Of a stretch of DNA of 64,000 nucleotides, positions 14,090 to 26,679 are shown piece by piece. The notes below the pieces were generated by a model. The model saw only the letters and a program-made list of their open reading frames with translations, ran no database searches and was not told the DNA's origin. Each line of letters begins with the position of its first letter. The stretch's first letter is position 1. The position numbers were made by a program, and so were the translations under genes. The stretch is from the human T2T-CHM13v2.0 reference genome, Homo sapiens: NCBI RefSeq assembly GCF_009914755.1, contig NC_060936.1; one strand, given 5' to 3'.

Positions 14090-15810
14090 GATTTCAAAGT
14101 TGCTATTTGGGATCTTTTTCCTTCTCTCTGAAAAAAAATCCTTTTAATAATTTTATTTTTTAGTTTGGATATGCTAGCAATGTATTCTTTCCATTCTGGG
14201 CTTTTGAAATGTCTTAATTTTTTCTTTATTTTTGAGTGTAGAAATCTTGGCTGTCAGTTACTTTCTTTCAGCACTGTATGATGTGATTCCATTGTTTTAT
14301 GATTTTCATCATTTTGATGAGAAGTTATTTGATAATCCTGCTGTTGCTCCTTTCATTTCTTTCTCTTTACCACCTCCCTCTACTTTTAAGATTTTTTTTG
14401 TCTTTAGATTTCAATAATTTGATATGATGTGTCTATAGTTTTTTTTATATTCACTTTGTTTAGGGTTCTCAAAATTGAAACTGTCAGTTTTTGTCTTCAC
14501 AAGTTTCAGAAGATTTTTAGTCATTATCTCTTCAAGCATTGCTTCTTTTTTCTCTCCTGGGATGTTAATTACATATATTTAAGACTTTCCTTTTGTCCCA
14601 CATGTATCTATGCTCTTTTATGTATTTTTATTATTTTCTTCTTTATTCTTCAGTTTGGATATTTTTTATTGACTTGTATTATATTTTAATAATTTTGTCT
14701 TCTGCTTGTCTTTTGATGTGTTCAATCCATTCAGTTAGTTCTACATGTACATGTATACACATACATATATATCGTAAAAATATATAAACATAAAATATGT
14801 GATATCTTGTATGTAACTGGTTTGATATATTTCACTATCTTAGTAAGTTTTAGTAATTGTGTTGTTTTAATTTTAAAATTTTTATTTGATTCTTTTTTAT
14901 ATATTTTAATTCCTTGTTAAAGTTTTACTTTTTTATCTATTTGAAAAATTTTCTCCTTATTTTTCTTAACTTATAATTCGTAGTTATTTTTAAGGATTTT
15001 TTTCTGTTAACACTAATATCTGGATCAACTATGCACCTATTTCCATATCTAGTCTTTGGGTGTTTGGACATGTTATTTTCTTTCTTGGCATACCTAGCGA
15101 TTTTTTAAACCATTTGCTAAACTTTGTATATAAAAACAAATTGTAGTAGCTTCAGTCGAAGTTTGCCCTTTATTCTGCTATGCAGATAGAGTTAAGGCTG
15201 TTTCTTAATCCAAGTAAGGGCTATGTTTCAATTTGGGTAAGTTTCAGTCTACTCTTGGTTCACCTCCACTCCCAAGCCCTAATCTTCCTGAGAGCTTGAG
15301 AATTTCATGGAGTCTCTCACCCTGGCAGGCCCCACACTCTTTTGAGATCCTCAAAACTCGGCTTTGCCTTTGAGTTTATCTACTTAGCTTCTAAGCCTGC
15401 TTGCCTAGTTTCAGGATTTGGCACAAGTTATAAGAGAAAAATTGGTTGTATTATCAGGCTTAGTTCTCTATTTCTCTCTTGTTACGAGTATCTTGGCTCG
15501 TTAAGTCTCAAATCTTGTCTCACTGGCCTTACAAAACAGTAAAAATCCTATTCACTTATCTGTCCCTAGCAGTGGGCTTCTGCCTGGGCACAACCCAGGT
15601 TTGCATGCTCTTGCGCTGAGCGCAGAATCATCAAAACACATGCATGATGTGAATGTGCCTTTTTCTAGTTCTTCCCTTGCCAGAATCGTGTCCCCTCTGG
15701 TTTTGATTATTTGAACAACTTTCCGATGCCTTTACACCTGCTATTATGAAAAAAAAATCTGAATTTTAAGTTATTCTTGGTGGAAATGTTGGTCTGCCAT
15801 CATACTGGAT
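14090..15810 (-). mobile_element. Old L1M (L1ME-type) 5'/ORF1 region fossil
   Basis: T-rich antisense L1 motifs (TTCTTTCAGCACT, TGATGAGAAGT, CATTATCTCTTCAAG); interrupted at 14740-14845; boundaries approximate. Confidence 0.7.
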
Positions 15811-15943
15811 TTCTTTTGCAGGCAAGAACTGTTCACAGCAGCATCTAAGATGCATCAAGTACTGTTTAAGGCATGAGGAGTGTAAAAGCAAATAGAGTTG
15901 ATAAATTCTTAGGGCAGATTCTGTTTCTTCAAGAATGTGTTTC

Positions 15944-16386
15944 TGTTCTAAGTTTAATTGTGTCCCCCTGAAAAAGATATGTTGAAATCCTAACCCCCGG
16001 TACCTCACAATGTGATTTTATTTGGAAAAGGGTCATTGGTTAAGATGAGGTTATGCTGAAGTAGGGTGGTCTCCTAACCTATTGTGAGTGCTATTCTTAT
16101 AAGAAGATGGCCACATGAAAACATAGATACCCAGAGAGAATACCCACAAGAAGATGGAGACAGATTGGAATGATGCATCTACAAGCCTACAAATTCCAAG
16201 GATTGATGGCCACCACCAGCAGCTAGGAGGAGGCAAGGAACGATGCTCCCCTACAGGTTTCAGGAGGACCTGCACTCACCTTGATTTTAGACTTCCAGCC
16301 TCCAAAACTGTGAGACAAAAAATTCTGTTGTTCAAAGCCACCCAGTTTGTTATCCTTTGTTAAAGCAGCTGTAGGGAATGAATATA
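15944..16386 (+). mobile_element. MLT1C-like MaLR LTR
   Basis: TGTGTCCCCC...AAAGATATGTTGAAATCCTAACCCC...GACTTCCAGCCTCCAAAACTGTGAGAC...AAGCCACCCAGTTTG. Confidence 0.88.
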
Positions 16387-16958
16387 GGTCCTTTGCCTTT
16401 AGAAATCAGAGAAGCTACTCTGAATAAGTGAGACAGAATAATTAGGAACTCCTGTGGGAAAACAGAGATGGAAGAGGGCTTGGAGGAGAAGAGACAGCAA
16501 GTTAGAAGCAGTGGCTTGACAAAATGCTTTGTGTTTCAGTGTTTGTAGTATTCAATGTTTGCGGTACATCCTAGTAACATGACTTTATTGGTGTGATTAG
16601 GTTTTTTGAAGCAACCGGAGAAGGGCTTGAGAACATTGTCCAGATAATTGTGGGATAAAACCAAGTTAACATACATAGGTGTCAGAGGGCAGAAGACCTA
16701 TGGTACTTCTAAGTCCCTGGCATTCACAGAAATCTTAAGGATTTTCGAATTCCACTGGCTCTGAAAATTTTCTTCAGTGAGAATGAGGAGGGTTATTTTT
16801 AAGAAATTTATCTGGAACCCAAGGATCATGACATATAAGTTACTCATATGTTCATTTACTTGATTTGTAGCATTTAGTTCAATATGAGCTATATTCTGAA
16901 GTCATACTTTAGAAGGTTAGTTACTTTTCCTAGTTATTTTTTCAAGCATAATGCCAAC

Positions 16959-17341
16959 TATATTAGTCAGGGCAGGCTAGATTAGGCTGCAATAATAAAT
17001 TTGCCCTACAATCTCAGAAGTATAACAAAGGGCTATTTATTTTTCATGCAATATGTCTAATGTGGATAGTAATGGGAGATACTCTGCACCACATGGTACT
17101 CAGGTACTCAAGATGATGGAGGCCCCACTCCTTGGATCATCAACATTCACAATAGCAAGGGACAGGAGAATATGGAGAATCGTGTGCCAGTAAATTCTTT
17201 TGTGGCCCGGAAGTAACACACATTACTTTTGCTCATAGCCCATTGATCAGAACTAGTCAGATGACTCACTAAGCTACAAAATAAATGGGAAATGCAAGTC
17301 AACACATAGAATATTTTGGTGTGTACTATTGTCTTTGTTAT
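16959..17341 (-). mobile_element. MLT1I/J-like MaLR LTR
   Basis: TATTAGTCAGGGCAGGCTAGATTAGGCTGCAATAA start; CCATTGATCAGAACTAGTCA. Confidence 0.7.
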
Positions 17342-17359
17342 TTCCCCTTAGCCTATAAA

Positions 17360-17500
17360 TTAGTTACTATTACTATCCCCAGTTTACAGATGGAGACATT
17401 TGAGGCATAGAGAAGTTAAATAATTTTCCCAAGGTCACATAGCAGGTGAGCAGCTGAGCCAGGACTCCAGTGCAGACAATCTGGATTCACAAGGCTATGC
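17360..17500 (-). mobile_element. MIR
   Basis: TATCCCCAGTTTACAGATG...GAGGCATAGAGAAGTTAAATAATTTTCCCAAGGTCACATAGC. Confidence 0.8.
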
Positions 17501-19427
17501 TATATAGTACGGAGAGGAACGAGTGGTCAATATGCTTTTGAATCTTGGTCTTCCTAGTGCTCCTTCCCTTGCCCCCATAGAGTGGGGATTTCATTACACT
17601 TCTGCTTCCTAGAGTAATATATGAAGAATTGTTGAGTGGAACATGTCTTTCACTCTTTTCTGGAAAATGAGCAAAACAGATTACTTCCCATGAAATCTTT
17701 CTTAACTAGCTAAAACCGATCTCTCCTTGCACCGAACCCTCTTGTACTTGAACTGCATTGCAACAAGGAGAAATTGAGGAGAAACGATTTTTTTCATAAT
17801 CCTGTAATGCCCATTGGTCTCTCTGCCTAACACATACATGTGTCCACATACATATACATACCTCTTTGTTATGGGCAATTGACATATTCTCAATCTTATG
17901 TATAGTGCTGGTCAAATATGGCTTTTAACTTCACCTCTAAGCAAATCGTGGTTCCTAAACTACTACTTCTATGTAGAAGTTCTGGTACTACTGTTAACGC
18001 ATTTGGGGTTTCACTCTTTAGTTTGAAGTACATATACAGTTTTGAGTACATACCTTGTGCTTCTATATTGTGGGTGTGGCAGTACAAGATCCACTTACTC
18101 TCTCTATGGAGTAAAGGCAGGACCAATAAATATACAAAGAAGTATATAATCACTCACTGTAACCTTCCCATGGTTGACTCCCCTAACATAGTTGTAAATT
18201 TCTAGAAGGCATTTGGCATGTTTTATGCTTATTAGGTCTTCCCACCATGCTTTGTTACACCCTTTTAGTTGATTATTAATTATTTGGCCATCTGGACAGG
18301 AGAAGACATTCTAGGTTTAAGGACTTCTTGGCAGAAGAAGTTCTCTGAAGCTGATACAGATTCCTCCTTGGTTCCAACTTTTTCTATTTTTCCACTTAGG
18401 AAGACATTTACATTTTTGGGGTTGGCTTATGATGTGGTCAGAGGTTGATTTGTTCTATTAGAGAATTTATGTTCACCCATGAAATTCAAAGTACTAAACT
18501 GAAGTCAGAGGTATCATTTTCTATAGCCAACTAAAGTGAAGCAGGTAAGTAAAACAGTTTCTAATGCAGGTGATCATGCTGAGCTAGCACAATGCAGGTT
18601 CCATCTCAGAGACCCCTGAGCAGTAACTTGTCCCAAATAAGCTAAAGGGCTCTTTTAACCAAGTTAAGCTCCCTCCTGCTTTCTGACCCCTGAACAGGGC
18701 AGATTTCATCTTATATTCCAATATGACACCACTTGTGTTATCACACTTGGGACCTGGTTAAAGGAACTTTTATTGAACTACAGCCTCTCATACTGCCAGG
18801 AATTCTCTTGTCTTGTTACTTAATAAGGCTAAGAGCTGCATTGATGTTAAAGTGACCACATGACCTGAGCCCAGCAGCCTGCTGAAAATAGTGCTGAAGC
18901 CTTAGGAGAAAGAACTGTGCCTTTTCGGTGAAAGAATGGGCTTACGGTACACCCTAGGAAGGAGGATGCTGGCAGGAAGAAAATAATGTGACAACCCTAA
19001 CTCTTCTCTTTTCTATGCCAACCAACTATAGTTTAACAGCCTTTTCCATGAGCAAGGCATTTTCCCTTTCTGTTGTGTTGCTGAGACAAAGAAATATTTC
19101 ATCTGTGTTTGAATGGATCACATTTTGTCTGCCTTTGCTTCTAAATTAGGGGTAAGTCCAGAGAAAAGGAAGTAGGTGCCTCCCAGGTTATAGAAAACAC
19201 TGTTGCCAGTGTGTTTTTCCAATGTGAGTAAAGACTAGAACATAACCCCCTTAGAAGTTTATATGCTTAATTTGTAGTTAGGACTGTCCCAGTTATCAAG
19301 AATACAAATGGAAATCTATAATCCACTCTTTGTTACTGTTGTTTGTTCCATGTAGGCAAATGTCCATAGGTGTGTTGCTAAAATAAAAATCTGAACTACC
19401 GGGGAAGTAATTTATTCCCTAACCTAC

Positions 19428-20289
19428 TGTATTAATTTCCTATGACAGCTGTAACAAATTACTACAAATTTAGGAGCTTAAAATAACAAAACTGCAAACT
19501 ATCTGGTGGTTTGGATATCCAAAATCCAAAATGGGTCTCTCTGGGCTAAAATCAAAGTGCTGGCAGGGTATGTTCCTTTCTGGAGACTCTTGGGGAGACT
19601 GTTTGGCAGCCTTTTCCACCTTTTAGAGACCACTTGCATTCCTTGGCTCATGGCCCCTCCTTTCCTCATCAAAGCTAATAACATTGGTCCATCTTTCTCA
19701 CAATGCCATCTTTCTGTTTCTCTTCTGCCTCTCTCTTCCCTTTTGAAGGGCCCTTGTGATTACATTGGGCCCACTTAGATAAAATAAGGCAATCTTCCTA
19801 ATTAATTTCAGCTGATAGCAACCTTAATTTCACCTGCAACTTTAATTCTCCTTTGCCAAAATAACGTAAAATATGCACAGGTTCTGGAGATTAGGTTTTG
19901 GGCATCTATTATGGACTGAATGTTGTGTCTCCCCAAAATTTATATATTGAAATCCTAAGCCTGAAGGTGATGCTATTAAGGCAATTAAGTCATGAGGGTG
20001 GAGCCGTCATGAATAAGATTAATGCCCTTATAATAAAAGAGAGACCCCAGAGAGCTTTCTAGCCCCCTCTCCATCATGTGAAGATACAATGAGAAGATGG
20101 CTGTCCATGAACCGGATGCAGGCTCTCACCAGACACTGAATCTGCCTCTGCCTTGAACTTGGACTCCCCGGGCTCAAAGAACTGTCATAAATGAAAGGTT
20201 ATTGTTTAAGCCACCCAGTCTATGGCAACTTGTTGTGGCATCCTGAATTAAGACAACATCTTTAAGGAGCCATTTTTCTTCCTGCCACG
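19428..20289 (-). mobile_element. MLT1D-like LTR, split by MLT1A
   Basis: TGTATTAATTTCCTATGACAGCTGTAACAAATTAC...GGGCTAAAATCAAAGTG...CCCTTGTGATTACATTGGGCCCAC; tail resumes at 20256. Confidence 0.85.
19907..20255 (+). mobile_element. MLT1A/A0-like LTR
   Basis: TATGGACTGAATGTTGTGTCTCCCCAAAATT...TAAGACA; TSD GCATC/ACATC. Confidence 0.85.
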
Positions 20290-20899
20290 GGCATTAGGAG
20301 GTCTTTTCAAGTCTTTTAAAATTGGATTTTTTAAAATTCCAGGCCCTACACCCTGTCACGGGTTTTTATCTGTAAAATTTTTAAGAAGGAATCTTTGAAG
20401 TTAGCTCTCCACAGAGTCTTCACTGGTCTCAATTCAGTGTCATAGCACAATATTCTCAATTTCACAACTTAAGCAGCTAGATACAGGCATTGATTATCAA
20501 CTAACTATTTCATGAGATGAGGAATTGTTGGTGAATTACTTATTGATTCTATATGGCTGTGACATGATTGTCTTTGCTATACTGGGGTCTTTGCACTGAC
20601 TTTAAGATAGGATGAGATCTGAACTCGTTTCCAATGCGACTTATTCCCTCATCCTCAATAGGTTGCTCCTCTGAATATCTGATCTTTTCCCAGACAGATA
20701 GACTGGAAACTTTGGTGTCATCTGTGACATTCCACAGTGTCTGTTCCCAGAGCCCTGACTCCCAGGATGCACCATTTCCCTAATTACTGCAATAGCTTCT
20801 GATTGCTTGCTCTGATTCTGATCTTTTCATGCTTCTAGTCCATCCTGTACACTACATCCAAAAGAATTTTTCTAAAATATGTTTTGGAAATTACTGATT

Positions 20900-21090
20900 C
20901 TTGTTTCATTATTTACTAGCTGTGTGACCTTGCAAAATTACTTAACCTGTCCAGGAGACTGACAAAATAGAGCTAGTCACAATATCTGCCTCTAGGGATG
21001 CGATAAGGATAAAATGAAATGTAATTCATGTAGGGTACTTAGGCATATATTAAGCACTCAACAAATGTTTGCAGATATCATTGCGATGGC
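20900..21090 (+). mobile_element. MIR
   Basis: TTTACTAGCTGTGTGACCTTG...TTACTTAACCT core. Confidence 0.75.
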
Positions 21091-21494
21091 CATTTGCATC
21101 ATTGATGTATTAACCAATGCGAATGCCACCTCTGTTCCTGTCTGCCCCATCCCTCTGGCCCAGTCATCCCATGTGGATATATTGACCTCTTCCCTGCTTT
21201 CTTCCCCTTCATCTTCCTGCTACTCACTAACCATCTACAGCCCTTAGACCCAGGACATCTATTCTGCTCTTGGGCAGGCAGAGGTGGAAAGCCTTCCTTT
21301 ATCTCATCAAGCTGTCTTGCCTGCACATCCTCTGAGCCTGAGCTTCTGAAAACTAAAAGGCCAGACTTCAAACTTCAAAAAAAGTTTATTTTCATTTTTA
21401 TTCTGTTGACCCTTCCAGAGTTTGAAGCTCCACTGTTTGCCTTGAGTGGGGGAAAGTGCCAGAATATAAATAAAAAATAAATACCTGCCCCTAA

Positions 21495-21501
21495 ACACAC
21501 A

Positions 21502-21547
<46 letters not shown>
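21495..21547. repeat. (AC)n microsatellite, 21 pure units at 21505-21546
   Basis: Counted directly. Confidence 0.97.
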
Positions 21548-21550
<3 letters not shown>

Positions 21551-21837
21551 TAAATTATTGAATTATGTGGTCTAAGAAGTATTTTTAATAACAATAACAA
21601 CAACTGACACTTATTAACCTCTTTTTACGTGCCAAGCACTGTCTTTGACCCACAACCCACCAATTCTATCTTATCTTTGGCCCCTTTTCCGTGGAGCTTC
21701 TGCCTCAGATATCTGGTTTACTCCCTGCTTCCGGATTGGCCTTCCCACCTCTGAGTCTTTGCTTCTGCTATTTCCTGTTTTCCTTGTCTGGACTGCCTTC
21801 TTTCTTCTTGTTCATTTATCCAAATCCTCCATATTAT

Positions 21838-22016
21838 TTGTTGTTTTTGTTTGTTTGTTTGCTTTTTAAAGAGTCAGGGTCTTGTTCTGTCTCCCAGGCT
21901 GGAATGCAGTGACACAATCGTGGTTCACTGCAGTCTTGAACTCCTGGACACAAGAGATCCTCCCACCCCAGCCTCCCAGATAGCTGGGACTACAGGCATG
22001 TGCCACCGTGTCCGCG
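21838..22016 (-). mobile_element. Alu right arm (AluJ/FRAM-like)
   Basis: (TTTG)n tail, then antisense right monomer CAGGGTCTTG...GCTGGGACTACAGGCATGTGCCACC. Confidence 0.85.
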
Positions 22017-22884
22017 TACCTCCTAATTTTTTATAGCCCATCTCTAACACTTCCTCTGACCACTCTGAAAGCCATGGTTCCTCTTTTGACCAGGCACTGT
22101 GGAAAAATGAAACAAAAGAAAAGGACCTTGCCACTGAAAAGCTAACCAAGGAGACAAGACCAATACAAGATACAGCAGAGAAAACTCCACAGTACTGTTA
22201 AACTCTTAGGTAAAAAAATCATAATTGCTTTTCAAATGAACTCAAGGCATAGTCAAATGACCAATTATAATCCTTAATCAACACATGAATGGACTTGACA
22301 AAATCCTTTCACCCTCAAAGCAGAATTCTGTTATGAGTTTTGATCCTGTTTAGATTCCTGTGTATAAATTTGTTCAGGAGCTTCCCATTTGCAGCAAAGC
22401 TGATGTATACAAAACAGGATTTACTAAACATTTTAGGTCGTGATTAGTTCCACCAAAAGACTCACCATAAAATTTCTTCTAAGAAGCAAAGCTTATTTGC
22501 TAAATAGATTAAAAGGTGATTTGGTTCACAGAATCATTTTGTTTACACAGAATTTCAGGACAGATAGCCATTGCATAAAACTGAGGCAAACTTATAATTA
22601 CTTTACCAAATAGCCTGGAGTGCCATGAGTTAATACAACTCCCTAATAAGCTTAATTCATACCCAGGAAGTAGCCTGAATTTAAGTTTTGGTAGAAGGTA
22701 TTAACAGAGCATGTCCAAAAGATAATTAACTGCCCATAGTCATCAATTTGGTTACCTCCGGAGGAGTCTCACTGCCATCTCTACTCATCTGCGGATTTAT
22801 TTATGAATAATGAGTCACTACAAACAGAATGATTAATCCATAAAAAGGAGAAATCTTGGAATTTAGACTGGCTCTCTTTCCAGA

Positions 22885-23070
22885 GTAAGTTTTCTTAAAT
22901 GAGATTTTTCAAACATGAATGAGCTTTAGGGAATTCTCAAACACTGGAAATTATAAGCTAAACTTTGTATGTGTGTATTTTTTGTGTGTGGAGAAGATCC
23001 ATAACTCTGATCAGATTTTTCAGAGGGATCCATGACAACTCGCCCCTGGCTCCCCAAAAAAGTCACTGCT
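22885..23070. mobile_element. hAT-Charlie MITE, MER117-like
   Basis: TGTATGTGTGTATTTTT...GAGAAGATCCATAACTCTGATCAGATTTTTCAGAGGGATCCATGAC; subfamily from memory. Confidence 0.55.
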
Positions 23071-24284
23071 TATTTTCCCATGAATGAGCTTCAGGAAGTT
23101 CCATGAGCCTCTTTGATTTGTATCACAATCTTCTTTGTCACATATACCAAGAACAAAGCCAACTAAGGTGCCCAAACTCTCAGTCACCTTCATTGCCCCT
23201 CCTTCACTCTCCTCTACTTTGTCATTAACATTTACCCATTTTGGTTCTGAGAATTTGACTTTATACTGAATTTCATTAATGCATTTTCTTGAGTATTTCA
23301 CCTTTTGAGGCATTTCTGCCTATTTTTATAAAGACCAGTTTGGATTGTGCACCTTACAGGCATCTGAGCGCCTTGAGTGAAATGGTCTCGGGATCATCTT
23401 GCAGTCATCTGCACCTTGTACAAATTCCTCCTTTCAGAGTCCTGGTGGTCATTTAGAGATATATTATGCAGACATATTATACAGTGTGACCTTCCTGATG
23501 TCTACTAATTCAGTGAGTGTGAATTCACCTGTATTGTTCTCATTGGTTTATTTTATCTTTGCTATACTTTTTCTTTCTGTATTGAAGATTGAATCACATA
23601 ACAGAGTATCACTGGTACTGTATATCTTTTTATGAGTGTTATCCTAATGCTAAAACAGAAAAGAGCTCAAAAAAAAAAAAAAAACCTAAAATGAGCAGGC
23701 AGGCAAATAACCATTTAGTGGCCTAATTAATAAAGAGAAATCACCGTGTTGGATTATGTTATGATAATGAATGTTGACTATTGAGAAAATTGAGCCCATT
23801 TTAATGGGATCTGATGTTGTTTTAACATAAATGCCTGTCAGTTTGGAGGTTGGGAACACGAAACTTTTTCTCGTTGAAATTGTAATAATATTTTTGACAA
23901 ATAGCCCTACAGATTTATTTTCAGGAAAAATTATTCTCCGAAAGATGGTACAAGACTATTTTGTCCTTGTTCTGTCTAGAAGGACTTGTTTCCAATGTTT
24001 TTTGACCCATGACTATAGCTACCCATCTAGTTTTAGGAAAAAATTTAGTGTGCAGTGTATACAATGGCCCATTCTTCCTAGCGACAGGCAAGTGACTCTT
24101 TGTTATTGTTAATTATGTCTCTAAAAATCTCACACTGTAAACACGAATACCAAACGGAAAAATGAGGATCAATGATTGTCTTACAGAACTTTAGGTAGAT
24201 AAGTTCCCTCTTTCTTTAGAATGCCCTAATTTTCATCAGCATCAACTAAAAGTGCCAAAAATACAGGCATAAATCTATTGGACA

Positions 24285-24330
24285 TGTGTGTGCATATGTG
24301 TACGTGTGTGTGTGGGTTGTGTGTGTGTGT
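24285..24330. repeat. Interrupted (TG)n
   Basis: Seen directly. Confidence 0.85.
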
Positions 24331-26679
24331 AAGATGAGGTTAATTTAGCAGGATTGAGAAGCGGAAACATTGTTATTGGCTCCAAGGTGCTGCAGGAAGA
24401 TTTTGACAGATGCTGTTTACTGTCATCAGAGATCTGACTCAAGCTTTCCAGAGAAAGGTCATTAGTGACACCCAACAAATCACTTTTGTGTTGTGGCCAA
24501 TGTGAAAGTCAAATGGAAATTGTTTCTAAAAGTCAATCAGAGCCTGGCTCACTGTAAGTCTGGTTAAAATAACTTTTCCGAAACTTATTAGTTTATGTGC
24601 TAAAAAGCCATGACCAAGAGTAAAAGAATGAAAGAGGAAAGCTCTGGCTTTAGTAAACACTGTGGAAACAAAGGGCCAGGAAGAGAAATGTTTTGCAGGG
24701 CAGGGCAGATTTTCCTGAGCCAGGCCAGTGCAGCACCCTTCATCTCCATCTCAGCAATGTGGACGCTTAGCACAGAAGGCTGCCAGCTCTGCTGGACACA
24801 GCCTGCTAGCCACGGCTGCTAGCTCAAGCATAAAGACTGAAGAGAATTGAAGGCTGTGATTAGGAAATTGAAGACTGGCTGAAAACTTGAGATTTCCTGC
24901 ACTTAGCTGGGGGGGACTCGTGAGAGATTTGATTAGAATGCACACAGAGAGGCCAACTCCTTTGTCTCTCCAGTTCCATATTGGACTGAAGTGGTAGGGT
25001 GCATTCCAGTGCCCTTATTGGATTTGTCTCTGAAGCTTTAAAGCATTCAAAAGTAAAATCCCATTGATCTGAAAGGTCAGGAGGGGCTGAAGAAAGATTA
25101 CAGGTTTAATTTCCAGCTCTGGGTGACTTCCCATTCATAGTACTTTACCTCCGTGACAGTACCTCATCTCTAAAAATGGGAGAAATGAATGTAAAAAAAA
25201 AAAAAAGAAAAAAGAAAAAAGAAAAATTCCTCAGAATCAATACTAATGAAAAAAAAAACATGCTAAGTATTTCCAAAATAATTTAGTAAAAATGGGACAT
25301 TTTTAATATTGTTTCAACCTAAATCCTATAGAACTTACTACCATAAAGAAGGAAAAGTAAGACAAGAAATTGTGTGTGGTAGTACATTCTGGTCAGTGTG
25401 GACATAAGTGTTTTTTAATAAAGGGGAAGGGGAAGTCGGGGCTTCACCATAACTTTAGATCCATACAATGAAATTCACATATCTAAAAGGAAAAATAAAA
25501 TAAAGAGGTATAATTTTTATTGAAAAGGGGAAAAGACCAGGACTAGATAGGACAGATTAAAGAAAATTGGACTAAATTAGGTAGATGAAGACTAAATCAG
25601 AAATGCCAAGAAAGAGTCTACTGTGACTCTGGGTGGCTGGTGACAGGGATGTGGCAAGATGTGAGTGAAGTGTGTTAAATGTGGCTTCCCAATCTCTGGG
25701 AGCCCTGATGACAGCAAGATGCTTTCCTCTTCACCTCGCTGAACTTCCTCAAAGTTAGCCCTTTGATTAATTCTGCCAATTTAGTGTCCTGCCAGAGTCA
25801 TTTTGATTTAGTGACATTTTAAATCCATCTCCCGTGTTTTCTTCCTCCTTCAGTCTAAAGTTAGCATAGCCATAACACTTTGATGTAGAGTTGCCCTGAG
25901 CTTCTGAGCCTCAGAGCCCCAGCAAAATCCCTAATGTGGCACATCTGATTTTCCTAATATAGAGGAAGGCAGAGCTGAAGCGCGTCTGTAATGGAAAACA
26001 TTTTACATAGTAAATATGAATGGCCCTGCTCTCTCCTAGGTCACATTTCATATTTAACATCAATTTCATATGCTGGCCTTCCTTTCTTTTCTCTCCACTC
26101 GGCATTTTCGCATCAGGATTCTTTCCCATCATTTCTAGCTAAATCAGTTTCCACATTGGTGATGGCACAGTACTGTTTATGTCCTAACAGCCTATTTATA
26201 ACAGGGTGGTGCATTGCAAAATGCCAGGAAAAAATGAAAAAGCAAGAAAAGAAGATGTATGCTATTCATAATTATGTCCCCAATGCCTAATGTTCCTGCC
26301 TACATTGCCCATCTCTGTGTCTGGCCTGCCTTAGGTGCTGAATACATATTTTTTTCCAATTGAACAATTTCATCTAATGATAGAAGTACCAATGACTAAA
26401 ATTAATAACAAAACACAAGTTCCCAGAACCATTTTTTAAAAATTAGATGTTTCTGAATTTGGGGTTGGGGGAAGATATTTACAATCTGTGAGTAATAAGC
26501 ACCTACGTTGGGGAAAGCTATGCTCTTCAATTTGGGGACCATCTCTGTTCATTCCATGCTTCTTGGGGTAATTACAAATGATGGGAAGAATTTCCTGCCT
26601 CCATTTGGTCAGTGACATTATCAGTGCTGTCTAATGTTACATTTCCCTTTCCTCCCTTTCCTGGTATTCCTTTTCATAT

